A stretch of 64,000 bases of DNA, taken from Chiloscyllium plagiosum (lineage: Eukaryota). How positions within the stretch are numbered: the first letter of the stretch is position 1; the number at the start of each line of letters is the position of its first letter. The notes under the pieces were generated by a model. It was not told the DNA's origin and did not search any database. It saw only the letters and a list, made by a program, of their open reading frames with translations. Positions 25,611 to 39,700 of this stretch are shown in pieces. Location: positions 27,214,239-27,278,238 of the forward strand of contig NC_057730.1 in the NCBI RefSeq assembly GCF_004010195.1, in the 5' to 3' direction. The position numbers were made by a program, and so were the translations under genes.

Positions 25611-27439
25611 AACAAACTCAGTAACGACTCATTAAGATCAGATTTCTTGCTCCCTATTCTCAAAAAACTACCAACCACAAGGAGAAGCAATTTATACAGT
25701 CTCTCTCTCTCTTTCTCTCTCACTCTCCAGACACTACTCACTCAGTCTCTCGACCTGCTTCTCCTGAACAGCCAATCTTACATCACTTTTTGAGGTGGAA
25801 CATTAGCACTGGGGCTCCACCCGTTGATTCAGTGCACTGTCACTCCTCTCCCACCACCCCCATTCACCTCAGAGTCACCCTGCTCCTCTCCCATCGTCCC
25901 CATTCACCCCTCGGGTCACCCTGACCTCTCATCACCCCCATTCACACCCAGGTTCATTCCTCCCTGCTCCAGCTGAGCTCCTTATGGCTTTGCTACAAAT
26001 TTGAAGAGAGCATGAAATAGACCACAAATGACATGATCAGTGAGCCCAGCAAGCTGAAGGAGTGGCCACACTATCTCCAGGGGCTGAAACAGCAGGTGAA
26101 GATTTTCTGAGGTGAATGATGAGGCCATCAGGTACCACAGTCTTTGAGGTTAGTTTTGTCAAGTGCCTGTCAGAGTCTGTGGTCCCCATGGATGGCTGCT
26201 GGCAACATTTCTCCTGAGCAGTGCCACCCTCCACCCCATCCTACCTGTCGTGCCCCTCGCTGCCCCATTCCATTTTTGCTGCAATGTGGAAAAGGGGAAG
26301 GTTGTGTTTGATGGACATGGATGGAAGAGAATGGTCGTGGAGATACAGGTGTAAGAGATATGGTGAGGTGGTCCCTGTGAATGAGTTGGAAGTGCAGAGA
26401 GTTGGAATGTTTAATCTTCTGGCGGGGGGGGATGAGATGGGTGAGAGCTTTGAATGGACATGATGCAGGACGCAGTGTGAGGATTACAGTATTCTTTTAT
26501 AATAGAATCCTTTCTGTTCAGAGTCCCTGATGCCTTTTTTTCCCCAGAAATTAGCAAAGTATTAATTTTAGTGAATTATTTAGAGAGTTACTCTCTGTGA
26601 CTGAATGTGACAGAGCTCAAGGGAGTGAGCGGCCTGACAGCAGGAGGTGGCAGATAAGTAATGGCACTTACACTTGCAGAGTGCAAAAGATCCTTTACAT
26701 TCTCCCTGTACTGCTGTGCATCCTGTTTGACCCAGGGCAGAGCACTGACCTGGGATGCAATTCATGTCCAGGCTGGCTGTGTCTGGTGGGTTTGTGGGTC
26801 AGTACTAGAAAAGGAGGACCCTATCCACTAACATCAATCCGCTAACCAGGAAACCAACTTGCCTTTTTGGGCCATTTCCTCAGTGATAACAGTGCAACAA
26901 CACAGTATGAGGAGCAGTTCCTAGCTTGCAATCTCTGAAATGGCATGCAACTGAGCTTTAAATATGGATGTGGAGGGGTGGACAAAGTTAGAAATCACAC
27001 AAAACTAGGCTATAGCCCAACAGGTTTATTTGGAAGCACTAGCTTTCGGAGCATGCCTCCTTTTTCAAGTGGTTGTGGAGTATAAGATCATAAAACACAG
27101 AACTTATAGCAGAAGATTGCAGTGTCATACAGTGATATATTGAACAAACCTAGATTTTTAAGTCTTTCATCGTTTAGAATGCAGGTTTTAATTCATTAAT
27201 ATGTAAATCCCAGAAAGTCTTTTAAGTCACTTTCTCAGGATAACTTAAGATTTTAAACAGAAGGTGACAATTAGAGTCTGTCTGTATCCTAATCTTGAGT
27301 CAGACTGGTTCTATTTCTAAAGTGGAATAAATGAAATATTGTATGGATAAACTGCCTGCAGGTAGTGCGTTTTTTGCAACATAGAATGCATCTGCAAATA
27401 TAATTCAGCAAATACAAATTCACCCCATAAATTTATATA

Positions 27440-27746
27440 GATTAGTTTAGATTACTTACAGTGTGGAAACAGGCCCTTCAGCCCAACAAGTCCACACCGA
27501 CCCGCCGAAGCGCAACCCACCCATACCCCTACATTTACCCCCTACCTAACACTACGGGCAATTTAGCATGGCCAATTCACCTGACCTGCACATCTTTGGA
27601 CTGTGGGAGGAAACCGGAGCACCCGGAGGAAACCCACGCAGACACGGGGAGAACATGCAAACTCCACACAGTCAGTCGCCTGAGGCGGGAATTGAACCCG
27701 GGTCTCTGGCGCTGTGAGGCAGCAGTGCTAACCACTGTGCCGCCCA
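27440..27746 (-). mobile_element. HE1-type SINE, full-length, young
   Basis: A/B-box head GGCGGCACAGTGGTTAGCACTGC...GGTTCAATTCC, intact CpGs, (TAATC) tail. Confidence 0.9.
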
Positions 27747-27828
27747 TGCCTGTGTGCGTGCATGAGAGAGAGTGTGTGTGTGCGAGTGCATGTGAGTGTG
27801 GTTGCATGTGTGAAAGCTTGGTAAAAGT

Positions 27829-28095
27829 GGGCAGCACGGTGGCACAGTGGTTAGCACTGCTGCCTCACAGCGCCAGAGACCCGGGTNNNNNNNNNNNNNN
27901 NNNNNNNNNNNNNNNNNNNNNNNNNNNNNNNNNNNNNNNNNNNNNNNNNNNNNNNNNNNNNNNNNNNNNNNNNNNNNNNNNNNNNNNNNNGTAAATGTAG
28001 GGGTTTGGGTGGGTTTCGCTTCGGCGGGTCGGTGTGGACTTGTTGGGCCGAAGGGCCTGTTTCCACACTGTAATCTAATCTAAATCTAATCTAAA
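27829..28095 (+). mobile_element. HE1-type SINE, young, inverted relative to 27440-27746, contains the assembly gap
   Basis: Head GGGCAGCACGGTGGCACAGTGGTTAGCACTG and tail CCACACTGTAATCTAATCTAAATCTAATCT. Confidence 0.88.
27887..27990. other. Assembly gap (104 N)
   Basis: Run of N. Confidence 1.
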
Positions 28096-31000
28096 ATGGG
28101 TGTGTGTGTGTATCTGTGTGAGTATGTAAGAGTGTGTGTGTGTATGTGTGCATAGTGTAGTGGGGTCACCTGTAGTGAAGCATGAACCCAAGATCCCGGT
28201 TGAGGCATCCCCATAGATATCAACTTTGGCTATCAGCCTCTACTCGGCCACTTTGTGTTGTTGCCTATCCCGAATTCTGCCTTGGAGGATGGTCACCTGA
28301 AGATCCAAGGCCAAATGTCTCTAATTACTGAAGTGCACCCCAACTGGGAGGGAACACTCCTGTCTGTCGATTGTTGTGCAGTCTTCATTCATCCATTGCC
28401 GTAGTCTCTGCTTGGTCTCACCAATGTACCATGCTTTGGGGCATCCTTGCCTGCAGTTTATCAGACAGACAATGTTGACTGAGTCACATGTGCACCTGCT
28501 GCATACACAGTGGGTGGTGTCCCCACGGAAAGATTGGGATACAGACAGATTCTAATTGTCACGTTCTGTTATAAAATCTTAAGTTATCTCAAGAAGGTGA
28601 CTTATAAGTAGTTCTGGGATTTATATATTAACAAACCAAAACCTGCATCCAAAAAGATGGAAGACTTAACAATCCAGGTTTGTTCAATGTATCACTGTAT
28701 GACACTAATCTTTCACTATAAATGCTGTCTCCTACGATCTTATACTCCACAACCACCTGATGGAGCAGCGCTCCGAAAGCTAGTGCTTCCAAATGAACCT
28801 GTTGGACTATAACCTGGTGTTGTGTGATTTCTAACTTTATGACGGAGTTAGTGGCATGAAGACTCTGGGGTGCCCTTCTGCCTCTCCTGCCGTGTAAAGT
28901 CAATGAGAAGGTCATTGAGCTCAGTTGTATAGTTAGTGAGGTGAAGGCTAGTAGATTGTGCGAGGAACGTTACTCTGAGCCATGCCATGAATCTCAGTCG
29001 ACAAAACATTTGAACTGTGAATGGGAAAATTCTTCCGTCGTGTCTATTGTGTAATAGCAAAGAAGGAACATTTGATAATTCAGTGATTAGCTACAAATAA
29101 ATTAAATAATTTTAGTTTCTTTGTACTGTAAGACTGAAAACATTGCAAGTGACAAATATTCTGAAGACCTAAATAAATGTCAAATTTTCATTTAATTTAC
29201 ATGCAAAAATATTGGTCAAATAAATAGTTCTTGTAGACAGTTCAAAACCTGCAACGTATGCCTGACATTCCACAGCTTGGGTTGTAAATCTCTCAACAGC
29301 TCATAAAACACTGACATCTACAGAATAGAGGCAATAAATGTAACAAAGACAGATAAGATTCTGCACATGCTTGCATGCCACTAAATAAAGCTGCCAGAGT
29401 ACAGGACCACTTGTAATTAGCTTTAACAAATAGGTTTTGCATTTGTTTTGATCCAAAATCAAATAATCTGCCATTCTAGTACATTTTATGCATGAAAGTA
29501 AAGGTCTGAATAATTCATTTGTCATGGATTGGATTAAAATTACAAGATTGCTTCATTTATCTTCTCCAAATTTACTTATTTGACCAACAGCTTTGTTGGT
29601 CTACAGATATCCCTATTCTTTGATTTTTGTAGATTTGATGAGGGTGATTTTGTGATAAGGGTTTGTTTTCTGACATGATAAGCTTATTTTTGTTTTGCAA
29701 GTGTCCTAATTCAATTGGGAAGAACGGGCAAATAATTGAGGTCCCACTGAACTGTAAGCCATCCCAAATGTGTAACAAATCAATTCACCACCAAAATGAT
29801 CAATATGCCTGATTGACTACTATACAGATCAAAAGTAATTCACACCAGATTCTATAATTAACAGGAAAATAAATGTTTATTGTAAACAAACTTATTCTTT
29901 AATAAATGGCAAAAAAACGGTTTGCTTTTTTAAATTTGCTCACGGGATGTGGATGTTGCTGTCTGGGCCAATAGTTATTACCCATCCCTTGTTGCCCTTT
30001 GGTGGGGAGCTGCCTTCTTGAATCACTGCAGTCCGTGTGCTGTCAGTACAAATTAGGTTGAATAATTACAGATTTACTACTATGCATCTTCAGAGGCCAT
30101 ATCCCTTTTAGAACTCCAAACATAAATATACCCGTTCACAAAAAAGACAGGAAATAAGATGTTTTGACACCACTATGGATGGAAAAATATAGACATGGAA
30201 AGATCAATGTCCAAACCACATGTGCAGGGAATTATTTCTTAGATTCTTTTGATGTCAGCAACATGATATTACCTACAGAGCGATGGTTAATATTTGATTC
30301 AATAGTTGCTTGGCTGGAACTAGGTGTTCTTGTATAATAGAATCTGTTCTTTTCAGAGTTTCTAATGCCTGCCCTTTTCCAGAAATTAGCTAAGTATTAA
30401 TTTTAGTGAATTATTTGGAGAGTTACTTTCCGTGAGACCAAGCAAGATTTCTCACACAATTTAACAATACTCACTTCATCGCCTAAGCACCATGCCTCTG
30501 CTCATCAGATCTTGCCTTTCTCCAAAGGCAGAAGTATTCAGCACTGCTGGAAACTCCCAGGATTCCCAGCACCAATGCCATTTTTAAAGTTCCGTTATGC
30601 ACTCAGTCAGAGCTGTCAGACAGGAGTTTCCCTTCATCATACATGTAGAAAAATAAATGCTTCTCAGGGCCTATTGGTGGCACAGCTGACACCTCGTTGC
30701 AAATATAAGTATACATGTGTAAATCAATTGTTATTTAAGAAAGAGTTCAATGAAGAGTCACATCCGACTTGGCACATAATCCCTCTTCACATGCTGAGTT
30801 GCCAGAATTTTCAAGGTTAATTCCAAATTTCCGGCATCCACAGTACTTTTATTTAAGAAACATGTGACCCGTCCTCAGAAACATCCCATCTTAAAATCCT
30901 GCCTAAGGGAGTGCTGTACTATCTTTTCATTAATGCCCACGATAGCTTAACACCTGAACATTCAACATGGACTATCGTTCTTCTGATTACAATAGTCACG

Positions 31001-32559
31001 ACATTGTTGAAGTATCTGATTGGCAGTGAGTGTTTTGCTGCATATGGAGGTCAGAAAGGGTTTTTTTTGTTCAAGAATGTTTAACTGTTACAGACATTAT
31101 TGCTGTGATTTCCAACTGCTGTGATCAATTTCTGGCTTGAATAATTAATAGCCAGCATTTGGAAATTGAATAGACGCCTTGGCCATCTTATGATGCTTAA
31201 GGTTCACATGATACAATTTTCAAAAGAACCTATAATCAGGTAAGAAGCCCAGCTGGAAACTGCTTCCAACTGTAATTTGGACTGAGTTGATTCAAAATCT
31301 AATTAATACTCATTGGTGCAAATGGATGGACTGTGTACATGCACCTGTTATTCCAGGTGGGCATACCAATCATACTTAATAAAACAGCTAGAGTTCACAA
31401 GAAAAGGCCAGGAAAGGATTCAACTTTGTCTTCAACACATCTAAGAGGGTCAAAAGAGCATCTTGATATCCCTCCATTCTAAAGATTCTGGTTCATTGAA
31501 GAGACCCAACGTGCAGCCTGGTTTGATGTGAAGATGGACCAATTTTCTACCATCATTGCAACTTTGAAGCCACTATTCACTCACAGCATGCAAATGAGTC
31601 TCAGTCTTCACATTGTATGAATGGTCGGGCAGAGTCTATTTTATACCCATTTCAATTAATGGAATACCTTATAATGGGAAAGTGAGACTTTGTCAAAATT
31701 TGGTGTTGAATATGTTGGATTAACATAATGAAGACTTTTCATATTCAATTACTCGCTTCTTTCCATCAACACAATTCATTTTAAAAATGGAAACGTGACC
31801 ACAATTGTATGATCTTGAAAATGCGGATTTGGCATTTGCTCTTTCAATAGATGTTTGATTTAAAATGCTGCAAGTATTGTGTTAATTTTGTCAATGTCAA
31901 GCTATGCCAATGTACCCTCCCAAACACATTAAAATACTCAATTTAAAATCAACAAGCAAGGAAACATCACACCAGTACGTCTCCCTAATTTTGATCATCG
32001 CTCATTCACATTCAGTCTATTTAGAAAGCTGCTATCAAGGAAGCTTTCACATTTTACTGCAACTATTCTAGAAACTCAATTGCACAAAATATAAAATGCA
32101 CGAAGTCTCAACAAGGAAAGTGTTTTTGAAGTTTTTTTTAAAATGCTATTACATGACCAGGAGAAAAATTGTTTGTTACACTGACTGAAGCATGGTCTCA
32201 ATGTTGAGAGACCACTGCAAATAGAAACACTACTGGAGAATGTATGCATTTGGGAGTTAGGGCATGATCAGTTCAGTGAGTACCAATCAGAAAGTGGATG
32301 CGATGAATACAAAATACCAAGCTGACTTGGAATTTTGTAATAATATATAATATAAATATAATTTCAAACCATGCAATTCATTTGCACCAATATTACATTT
32401 GTATCTCCAGCCTCAGCAGCAGATTGACACTTCCAGACAGACAGTAGGAGTATAGAGTGTGGACATCAAGCTTTCCCAGATTCTGATTGTTTCTGCTAAT
32501 TCCATTTGTTCAATGTCAATGTTTTTTTGGTATGCTAATAAGATTGGCAGGACATTTCT

Positions 32560-32900
32560 GTGGGGTAGCACGGTGGCTCAGTGGTTAGCACTGCTGCCTC
32601 ACATCGCCAGAGATCCGGTTCAATCCCAACTTATGGTCACTCTCTGTGTGGAGTTTGCACATTCTCCCCATGTCTGTATGGGTTTCCTCTGGGTGCTCTG
32701 GTTCCCTCCCGCAGTCCAAAGACATGCAGGTTAGGTAAATTGGTTATGCTAAATTGCCAGTAGCATTCAGAGATGTGTAGGTTAGGTGCACTAGTCAAGG
32801 GTAAATATAGAGTAGGGAATGGGTCTGGACGGGTCACTCTTTGGAGGGTCAGCATAGACTTGTTGGGCCGAATGGCCTGTTTCTACACTGCAGGGATTCT
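32560..32900 (+). mobile_element. HE1-type SINE, full-length
   Basis: GGGGTAGCACGGTGGCTCAGTGGTTAGCAC head to GGCCTGTTTCTACACTGCAGGGATTCT tail. Confidence 0.88.
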
Positions 32901-34771
32901 TGCTCCAATTTGCATTTCAGGGTAAATCAGTAAAATTGACTAAAGTGATTGCAACTTCCCAATGACATCCCTAGAAGGAACTGTCGGCTGCAGTTGTGTG
33001 TCAGGGTCATGCAGAGATCTCAACGTAGCTGATTCTACAGGAATTGCCTTGGAATTTGAAGTTTTCATGTGGCAATTTACCCAGCATCTGGAACCTGTAA
33101 AGAAGACCACAACTCTGATTTGAGATTGATTATTTCAGAGGGGTCCAATTCACTTCAGCTTAATAGTTACCAGGAAGGTTAAAGGATTAGTACTTGAAAC
33201 TCCTGGGTAATTACTAAACTGAATTCTAGCTCCCCACCGGCGTGAAACTAAGTAATAAATAATGAGAGTAAGTAATATTAGAATGCTAAGTGGGGCAAAT
33301 GGATGCAAATGAACCTCTTGCAACCTACGAGTGAGCCTCTCATTTTACTAGTCAAACTGTGGTTGAAGAATCTGTCTTTTTCCTCTCGCAGTGAGAATCT
33401 CATTTCTGGCAATCTTGCACTACTTTCCAAAAATTTTTTCATCGGGGCTGGAAAGATTTTGCTCTATAAGTCAGAGTCTAGTATGTCTACGATTATCCTG
33501 TAAATAGTATCTCGCATCTATTGCATTGTATATAATGTTGTTTAGAAATCTAAACCTGAAGATGGTTCTAGACTTTGCCTTCTTGGTAACATGGCTGTGA
33601 AGCTCATGGTATTGCACCAAAGCATAAACGGAAAGAATGGCCATCTTCCTGATGTCTGTATAGAGAAACAGGATGCCATTGATCACTACCAGTCACTTCA
33701 CAATATAGCAGGAACACCAGTGACCCTGCTAGGACTCAGCTGCACTGTTGGGGAAACAGAGCCAGTAAGATCTATAATCTGAGTCTGGTGTCAAGAAGGA
33801 AAATGGAGATGTGTCCTGGGCCACTGATGGGCCTAGCGTGCCATTTTACAATCAGTTCATCAACCTGATACACCTACAACTTCAGTGGGTAGGTCTTGCT
33901 CCCTAAGATCCATCCATCTCCTTGATAATAATCAAGAACAAATGACGCCCAACAGTTAGATCCCTGAACTCCTTTCACCTTTGTAATATGCAAGGAGGAT
34001 TGAAGGCCCTGAACATATGACTTCAGATCCTAATAGGATTCTCGATAGAAAGGATGCCAACTAAAGAATGTGAAAACTAAGAATTCAGGAAGCAAAGAAT
34101 CTGACTCACAGTGCCAGAACACAAGGCTGTGGTTTACTTGCTTTAATTATCTTTGTTGTCTTCCTCAGCTGTGAGAATCGTAAATCATTTCAATACTTGC
34201 ATTTAACTTGATAAGCAAGAAACCAAGTACAAATTCAGGATTCACACTTGAGAATAATGAGTGAAATTATGTTAACAGATGTTTATTGGTTTCAGTGAGG
34301 ATATCAGTGCCGCAGCACAAGCATCTTTGAAAATTATTGCAGTGTAACAAGTTCCATCATTCCTTGCTGAAACTTTGTAAGGAATAATAGCACTTTTCAC
34401 TGTACTAGTCATGTGAAACAATTCTCAGCCCAATCACCCTAAATTTTGTTTGAGCAATGACATTGCAGAAAAAGCACCACTGTGCTTTTGGGTATGGTAG
34501 GGTAGATTTTCAATATTCTCATCGAAGTATTGATGGCTGGATTGCAGATTGGAAATTCTGAAGAGAACGTTAGCTACTCATTATGGAATCAAGCTGAGTT
34601 TTCTATCAGTGAAATATGCAATATTTCTGACCTGGCAACAATTTCTGAAGTCCCCATGTATGCAACTAAACAGGGAAGTTGAGAGGTTGCTGTTATTTTT
34701 TTCTGTGATTCTTGACATGTTTTACAACTGAAGCTGTGATATCAGGTCTGTGATTTACCATTTTAAAAAAA

Positions 34772-35345
34772 AGAGTCACAGAGACGTACAGACCCTTTGG
34801 TCCAACTTGTCCATGCCAACCAGATATCCCAACCTAATCTCGTCCCATTTGCCGGCATTTGGCCCATGTCCCTCCAAACCCTTCCTATTCATATACCCAT
34901 CCAGATGCCTTTTAAATGCTGCAATTGTACCAGCCTCCACCGCCTCCTCTGGCAGCTCATTCATACACTCACCACCCTCTGCGTGAAAAAGTTGCCTCTT
35001 AGGTTCCTTTTAAATCTTTCCCCTTTCACCCTAAAGTTCTACCCTCTAGTTCTGGACTCCCCCACCCCAAGGAAAATGCCTTGTCAATTTATCCTATCCA
35101 TGCCTCTCATGATAGGTCACCCCTCAGCCTCTGACACTCCAGGGAAAACAACCCCAGCCTATTCAGCATCTCCCTATAGCTCAAATCCTCCAACCCTGGC
35201 AACATCCTTGTAAGTCTTTTCTGAACTCTTCTAAGTTTCACAACATCCTTTTGATAGGAGAGAGACCAGAATTTCACACAATATTCCATAACTGACCTAA
35301 CTAATGTCCTATACAGCTGTAGCATGACCTCTCAACTCCTATACA
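34772..35345 (-). mobile_element. CR1/HER1 LINE 3' end (relatively young)
   Basis: MLQLYRTLVRSVMEYCVKFWS...LERVQKR-like...LGLFSLE.QRLRGDL and NELPEEAVEAGTIAAFKRHLDGYMNRKGLEG. Confidence 0.9.
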
Positions 35346-36499
35346 ATTTATTTTAGAGATTGACCTTTTGAACTAGTGAAAAGTGGGTTTTGGCATATGT
35401 GTATCAGAGGGTTTAATGATTAATTTGTCAGCATTTTTGGAACCATGGCATCTTTTTAACCAATATGGGAGAGCAGATCCCTGGAATGATGAGATTTATC
35501 TGTATTGGAAAAGTTTTATGAACGGATAAACTAAATATTGAGGAGATTAGTTTCTTTTTTGTGTTAGAGGATCACGATTTTCTTTGCCGAGAGGAAAAAT
35601 CTATAGTTTTAGAAGTTTCTGTGCTCAGTTTGTTAGGTTGTGGTCGAAGTTAAACGTGTGCTATAGTTAATTCTGAAGAAAGGAGTTAGGTTGGATCAGT
35701 TAGGAAGTAGGTAACCTCAGGGAAAAGATTTTAGCTTGAAATTCCCAGATCAGGAGTGTTTGGCTAGAACCTTGAGAGAGTCTAAGCTTAGTTTTCCATG
35801 ACTAATCAAGGTAGGGATTAGCAAAGTCCCAAGACTAGGAATTGAAACGAACAATGAAGTTAAATATCTGGAAGTGAACCAACTCTAATGTTTGATTATT
35901 GTAAAATGATGGAATTGGAATAGATGGATTTGACATATCCAGAAATAACATCAACTGGAATAATCAGAAAGCCCATGCAGATGGAATATAACTCAAATCA
36001 GTGAACAAATAAGAACTGTCACCTTTAAATGAGCCATCTTTCTGTAAAAGCCCTTGAAAACGTTGCACCCTACAGAGTGAGGTACAGCCATGTTTTCAAT
36101 AATGTACTAAGTTCATATTTACTTACTAAGTTCATATATACTACTTCTGTCTCTGTGAAATAGATTTCCCATCTGTGAAATTTCATAGCAAATGTCAACA
36201 TTATAAAATATCACATTTTTAAAACATTATACTTTTTAAAATATTTATGATATTAGTTTTTATTCATCTTTTTTGTGTCTCAATCATTATATGATTCCCT
36301 GTAAAATAATATTAAAAATAAAAGGACAATTCTAGTTTGTTGTCTGTGGGCATTATCCACTGTTGGTGGATGCCTTGATTTTCCTGTTATTTGGCATCAG
36401 TTTTGGATTGTACATCAAGCTGCTTTCAAGGACCGTTTGGTAGTAAAAGGATATGAGTTGGCATGGGGTTTATAAGTGACAATTCTCTTTTTGTGTCAA

Positions 36500-36760
36500 A
36501 GATAAAGCCTGCAGGTGTTCAATGTAAAAAGATTGCATGACACTATGTCAAAAAAGAGCAATTAGTTATCCTCAATTTTCAATATCACAAAGATCAGATT
36601 CTTTGGTTATTATCACATTCCTGGATATGGGCGGGTTTTGTGTTCAAAACTGAGAGTGCTTCCTTTTGTACAACAGTGACAATACTTCAAAAGTATTTAA
36701 TCGATTGTAAACTATTTTAACACATCTGATGGTTTGAAAGTATTGCATCAATGCAAGGGT
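36500..36760 (+). mobile_element. Degenerate Deu-domain SINE (SacSINE1/AmnSINE1-like) with L2-type tail
   Basis: Resembles the recalled consensus ATGTAAAA...ATGGCACTAT...CAGATT..GGTCATTATCACATT...TACAACAGTGACTACACTTCAAAAGTA...AATGCAAG. A minus-strand tail copy is at ~62350-62430. Confidence 0.6.
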
Positions 36761-39700
36761 TTTTGTTTCAAAACAAGACCGAGCAAGAAAAGGTTTTACA
36801 TCTCCAAAACAGAGTTTCCATGCCTGTAATAGTAATTTTTTTTAAATACCAGAGTGGTTCTTGAATCCAAACATGTATTTAGATTGCTGAAACAGCACAT
36901 AGATAAGAACAAAAGCAATTTATATATCCACATGCCGTTAGCTGGTGAGTAGTTAGCTCAGACAGCCAGAGGCTTGTGGAGCAGAGTTTCTGACCATGGG
37001 CAGTGATGGTGAGACAGGAAAGCTGGGATAGTCAAACAGACACTCCCTAGAAATAGGGTGCCGTGGGTGGAAGGAGAGCTAGTGGGAGTGGGGGCAACAG
37101 ACGGAGAAAAGAATTCCTCAGTATACTGTAATCCCACGGGCTCATTCCATTCAAATACTGTCAATAGTTCCTCATTTATCCTTAATTTCTTTTCATGTTT
37201 GTAATGAACTGATGTCAGTGAAATAAAGAATCCTTGCGACATAATCTTTGGGCCATCTGTGTATTTAAATCTCATATAACACTGAACACGTGGTTCAGCT
37301 GAACATAGCAGTGCAGATTCCATTCAGGCCTGGCAAAGTTGACTTAGGACCTGCTTCTTCACTCTGGCCTGAGGATTGAAGGCAACGTCAGAACACGTTG
37401 GATCAGGATGAAGCATCAGCAGATAATCAGCCAAGTACCTGCCTTCAGGCTGAATGCCCAGGAATGAATTAATATTTTTCTCATAATAAAATGCTCTAAG
37501 GTATTTCACAAGAATATTGTAAAACAAAATATGTCACCAAGATAGATAAGGCGATCTTAGTCCAGATAACTGAAAGCCTAGTCAAAGGGGTAAACTTTAA
37601 GGAGATTCTCAAAGTAGAAAAGAGATGGAAAAGTTCTGGTCAGGAATTCCAGGTGCCAGGGTCTCAGTAACACAAGGCATTGCTACCAATGCACTGAACC
37701 ATCCAATGTGCATCCATTGAAGGTTTCAGTCATTCATCAAAATGTATTTATTGCCCAGCAGTATAGTAAATCATTCACTAGATGCCAATTGACTGCCATA
37801 ATGTGTCAAATAAATTGGGTTAATACACTAGAAGTAGGTAAAATAATACCACAACATTTGATGGATATGGATCAAATTGGTTGCAAACATATTTTATTTG
37901 ATACCATTTCCCTTCAGAACTTTGAAGCCCCAAACCAGATCTTGAATGAATACTTCTGTGCAGAATGGAGTCACAGTTCTTCAGAAAAAATACTGAGGTA
38001 AGGTTATATTTGTCTTTTCCTGTAGATTGCATTAATATTATACAAAAAATCCTATGGCTCTATTCTAAGAAGTTAAGAGCATTTTCCATGACAACTTGCA
38101 TTTATGTAGATGTGGTAAGACTAAAATATTTTAAGATTGTCCTTGGCCCATCTTTAACTGCTTCATTAATGATCTACCCTGAATCATAAGGTCAGAAGTG
38201 GGGATGTTCACTGGTGACTGCACCATGTTCAGCACCATTCCAATTCTTCAAGTACAGAAGAAATCCACATCCAAAATGCAGCAAGAGCTGGCCAATATCC
38301 AGACTTGGATTGACAAGTGGCAAGTAACATTTGCACCATGCAAGTGCTAGGCAATGACCATTTACAAAGAGAGAATTTAACCATTGCACCTTGAAAATTC
38401 AACGGTACAAGCATCACTGAATCCCCCATGATCAATTCTGGGGGTTAACATTGACCAGAAACTAATCTGGATGAGCCATATTAGTACCGTGGCTATAAAA
38501 GCAGATCAGAGGCTAAGAATCTTGCAATGACAAACTTACTTCCTGACTCCCCAAAGTCTGTCCAACATCTAGGAGGCACAAATCAGTTATGTGAAAATTA
38601 CTCCTTTGTAATTGTTTTATAGAAGTCCAACATGGTTCTTCATTGAGACGATCCACCTAGATGATTTGATCGTCACTCAAATTTAATGGTGCAGGTCATG
38701 TGTAATAGATTTTAGTGTAGAGGTCTCACTGTATTGAGGCTTGTTATAGTTTATCCTGTTATCAGTGCCCTATGGAAAATTTGTCAGGTTGAGGATTATT
38801 ATGAACATATTTGTACTTGAGATTTAGCCTTCAGGCAAATAGGTTGATACTTTTTTTTTGTTTTAAGGATCGTTACCTAAATCACCTGTCAGAGGAAAGC
38901 AGTTTACTCTGCACCTATGAATAATAAAACCAGCATCTCCAAGGAACGTTTTTAGTAAATCATCAGTGCCTGTCCTTTCCAGACAATTTGACTTTGGCTA
39001 ACATTGGTTGCAATCTTAGTAAATTTCAAAATTGACACTGGAAAAATGTCAAATACTTTTCTATCAGTGAGGCAAAATACTTCTGCTTGAAAGGATGATC
39101 AAGAAAATCAATGGTCTCTCTAGCAGTATCAAATAAATATTGTCCTGACTACTATTGTTGTAAGAGATGCTGACAGTCAGCAGTTGGCTCTGTGAAGATC
39201 TTCTTTGGGTTGGTTTGCTGCAACTTATTCTTCTTGGAATCGTCGGTGGAGATCACGAGTATTTAATGAAGGATTAACTAATAGCCTTTAGCTGAAGTGG
39301 CAGGTGTTCGAGTAATGAGGAATATTTACTACATAATAAAATAACAGGTAATATTAGTTTAGACTGGTTAAAGACATTTTTACTAGATAAGAGACATTGT
39401 TACCTCCTAAGAGTTAATAATTAGGTTTATTCTACATGACATAGACTGAAGAAGCAACTAACAACAAACCAACACTAACGCCTCCTAAAACAATATTTAT
39501 ATAATTGTATAATCAGTGGGTGAAGCTATTTCAAAGTTTGGTTAACCTTTTCAGACCAATATACTTTTGAAACAATTGCTCCCCATGCACATTTATTTCC
39601 CTTCATTACCTCATTATAAAGTTCCTCAATAAGAACATCCAGACCATCACTATCATCTTCTACCAAGTCCCTTACTTTACAAATTTTTCTTGACTTAGAT

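Larger units (their letters stand above)
26965..28840 (-). mobile_element. Penelope-like element (family B): inverted ~310-bp pLTRs around a GIY-YIG endonuclease remnant, with nested SINEs
   Basis: Arms 26983-27296 and 28529-28838 are inverted. Minus translation of ~28200-28515 gives CDSVNIVCLINCRQGCPKAWYIGETKQRLRQWMNE...SLPVGVHF...LQVTILQG...AE*RLI. Confidence 0.85.

Noticed and set aside
27461-27994. Longest ORF in the track (177 aa)
   Set aside because: Antisense HE1 SINE plus GT repeat running into the N gap.
32560-32635. tRNA-like sequences at SINE heads
   Set aside because: They are the Pol III heads of HE1 SINEs, not tRNA genes.
34797-35213. 138-aa ORF, and 42481-42876
   Set aside because: Antisense or off-frame translations of CR1/HER1 LINE 3' ends.
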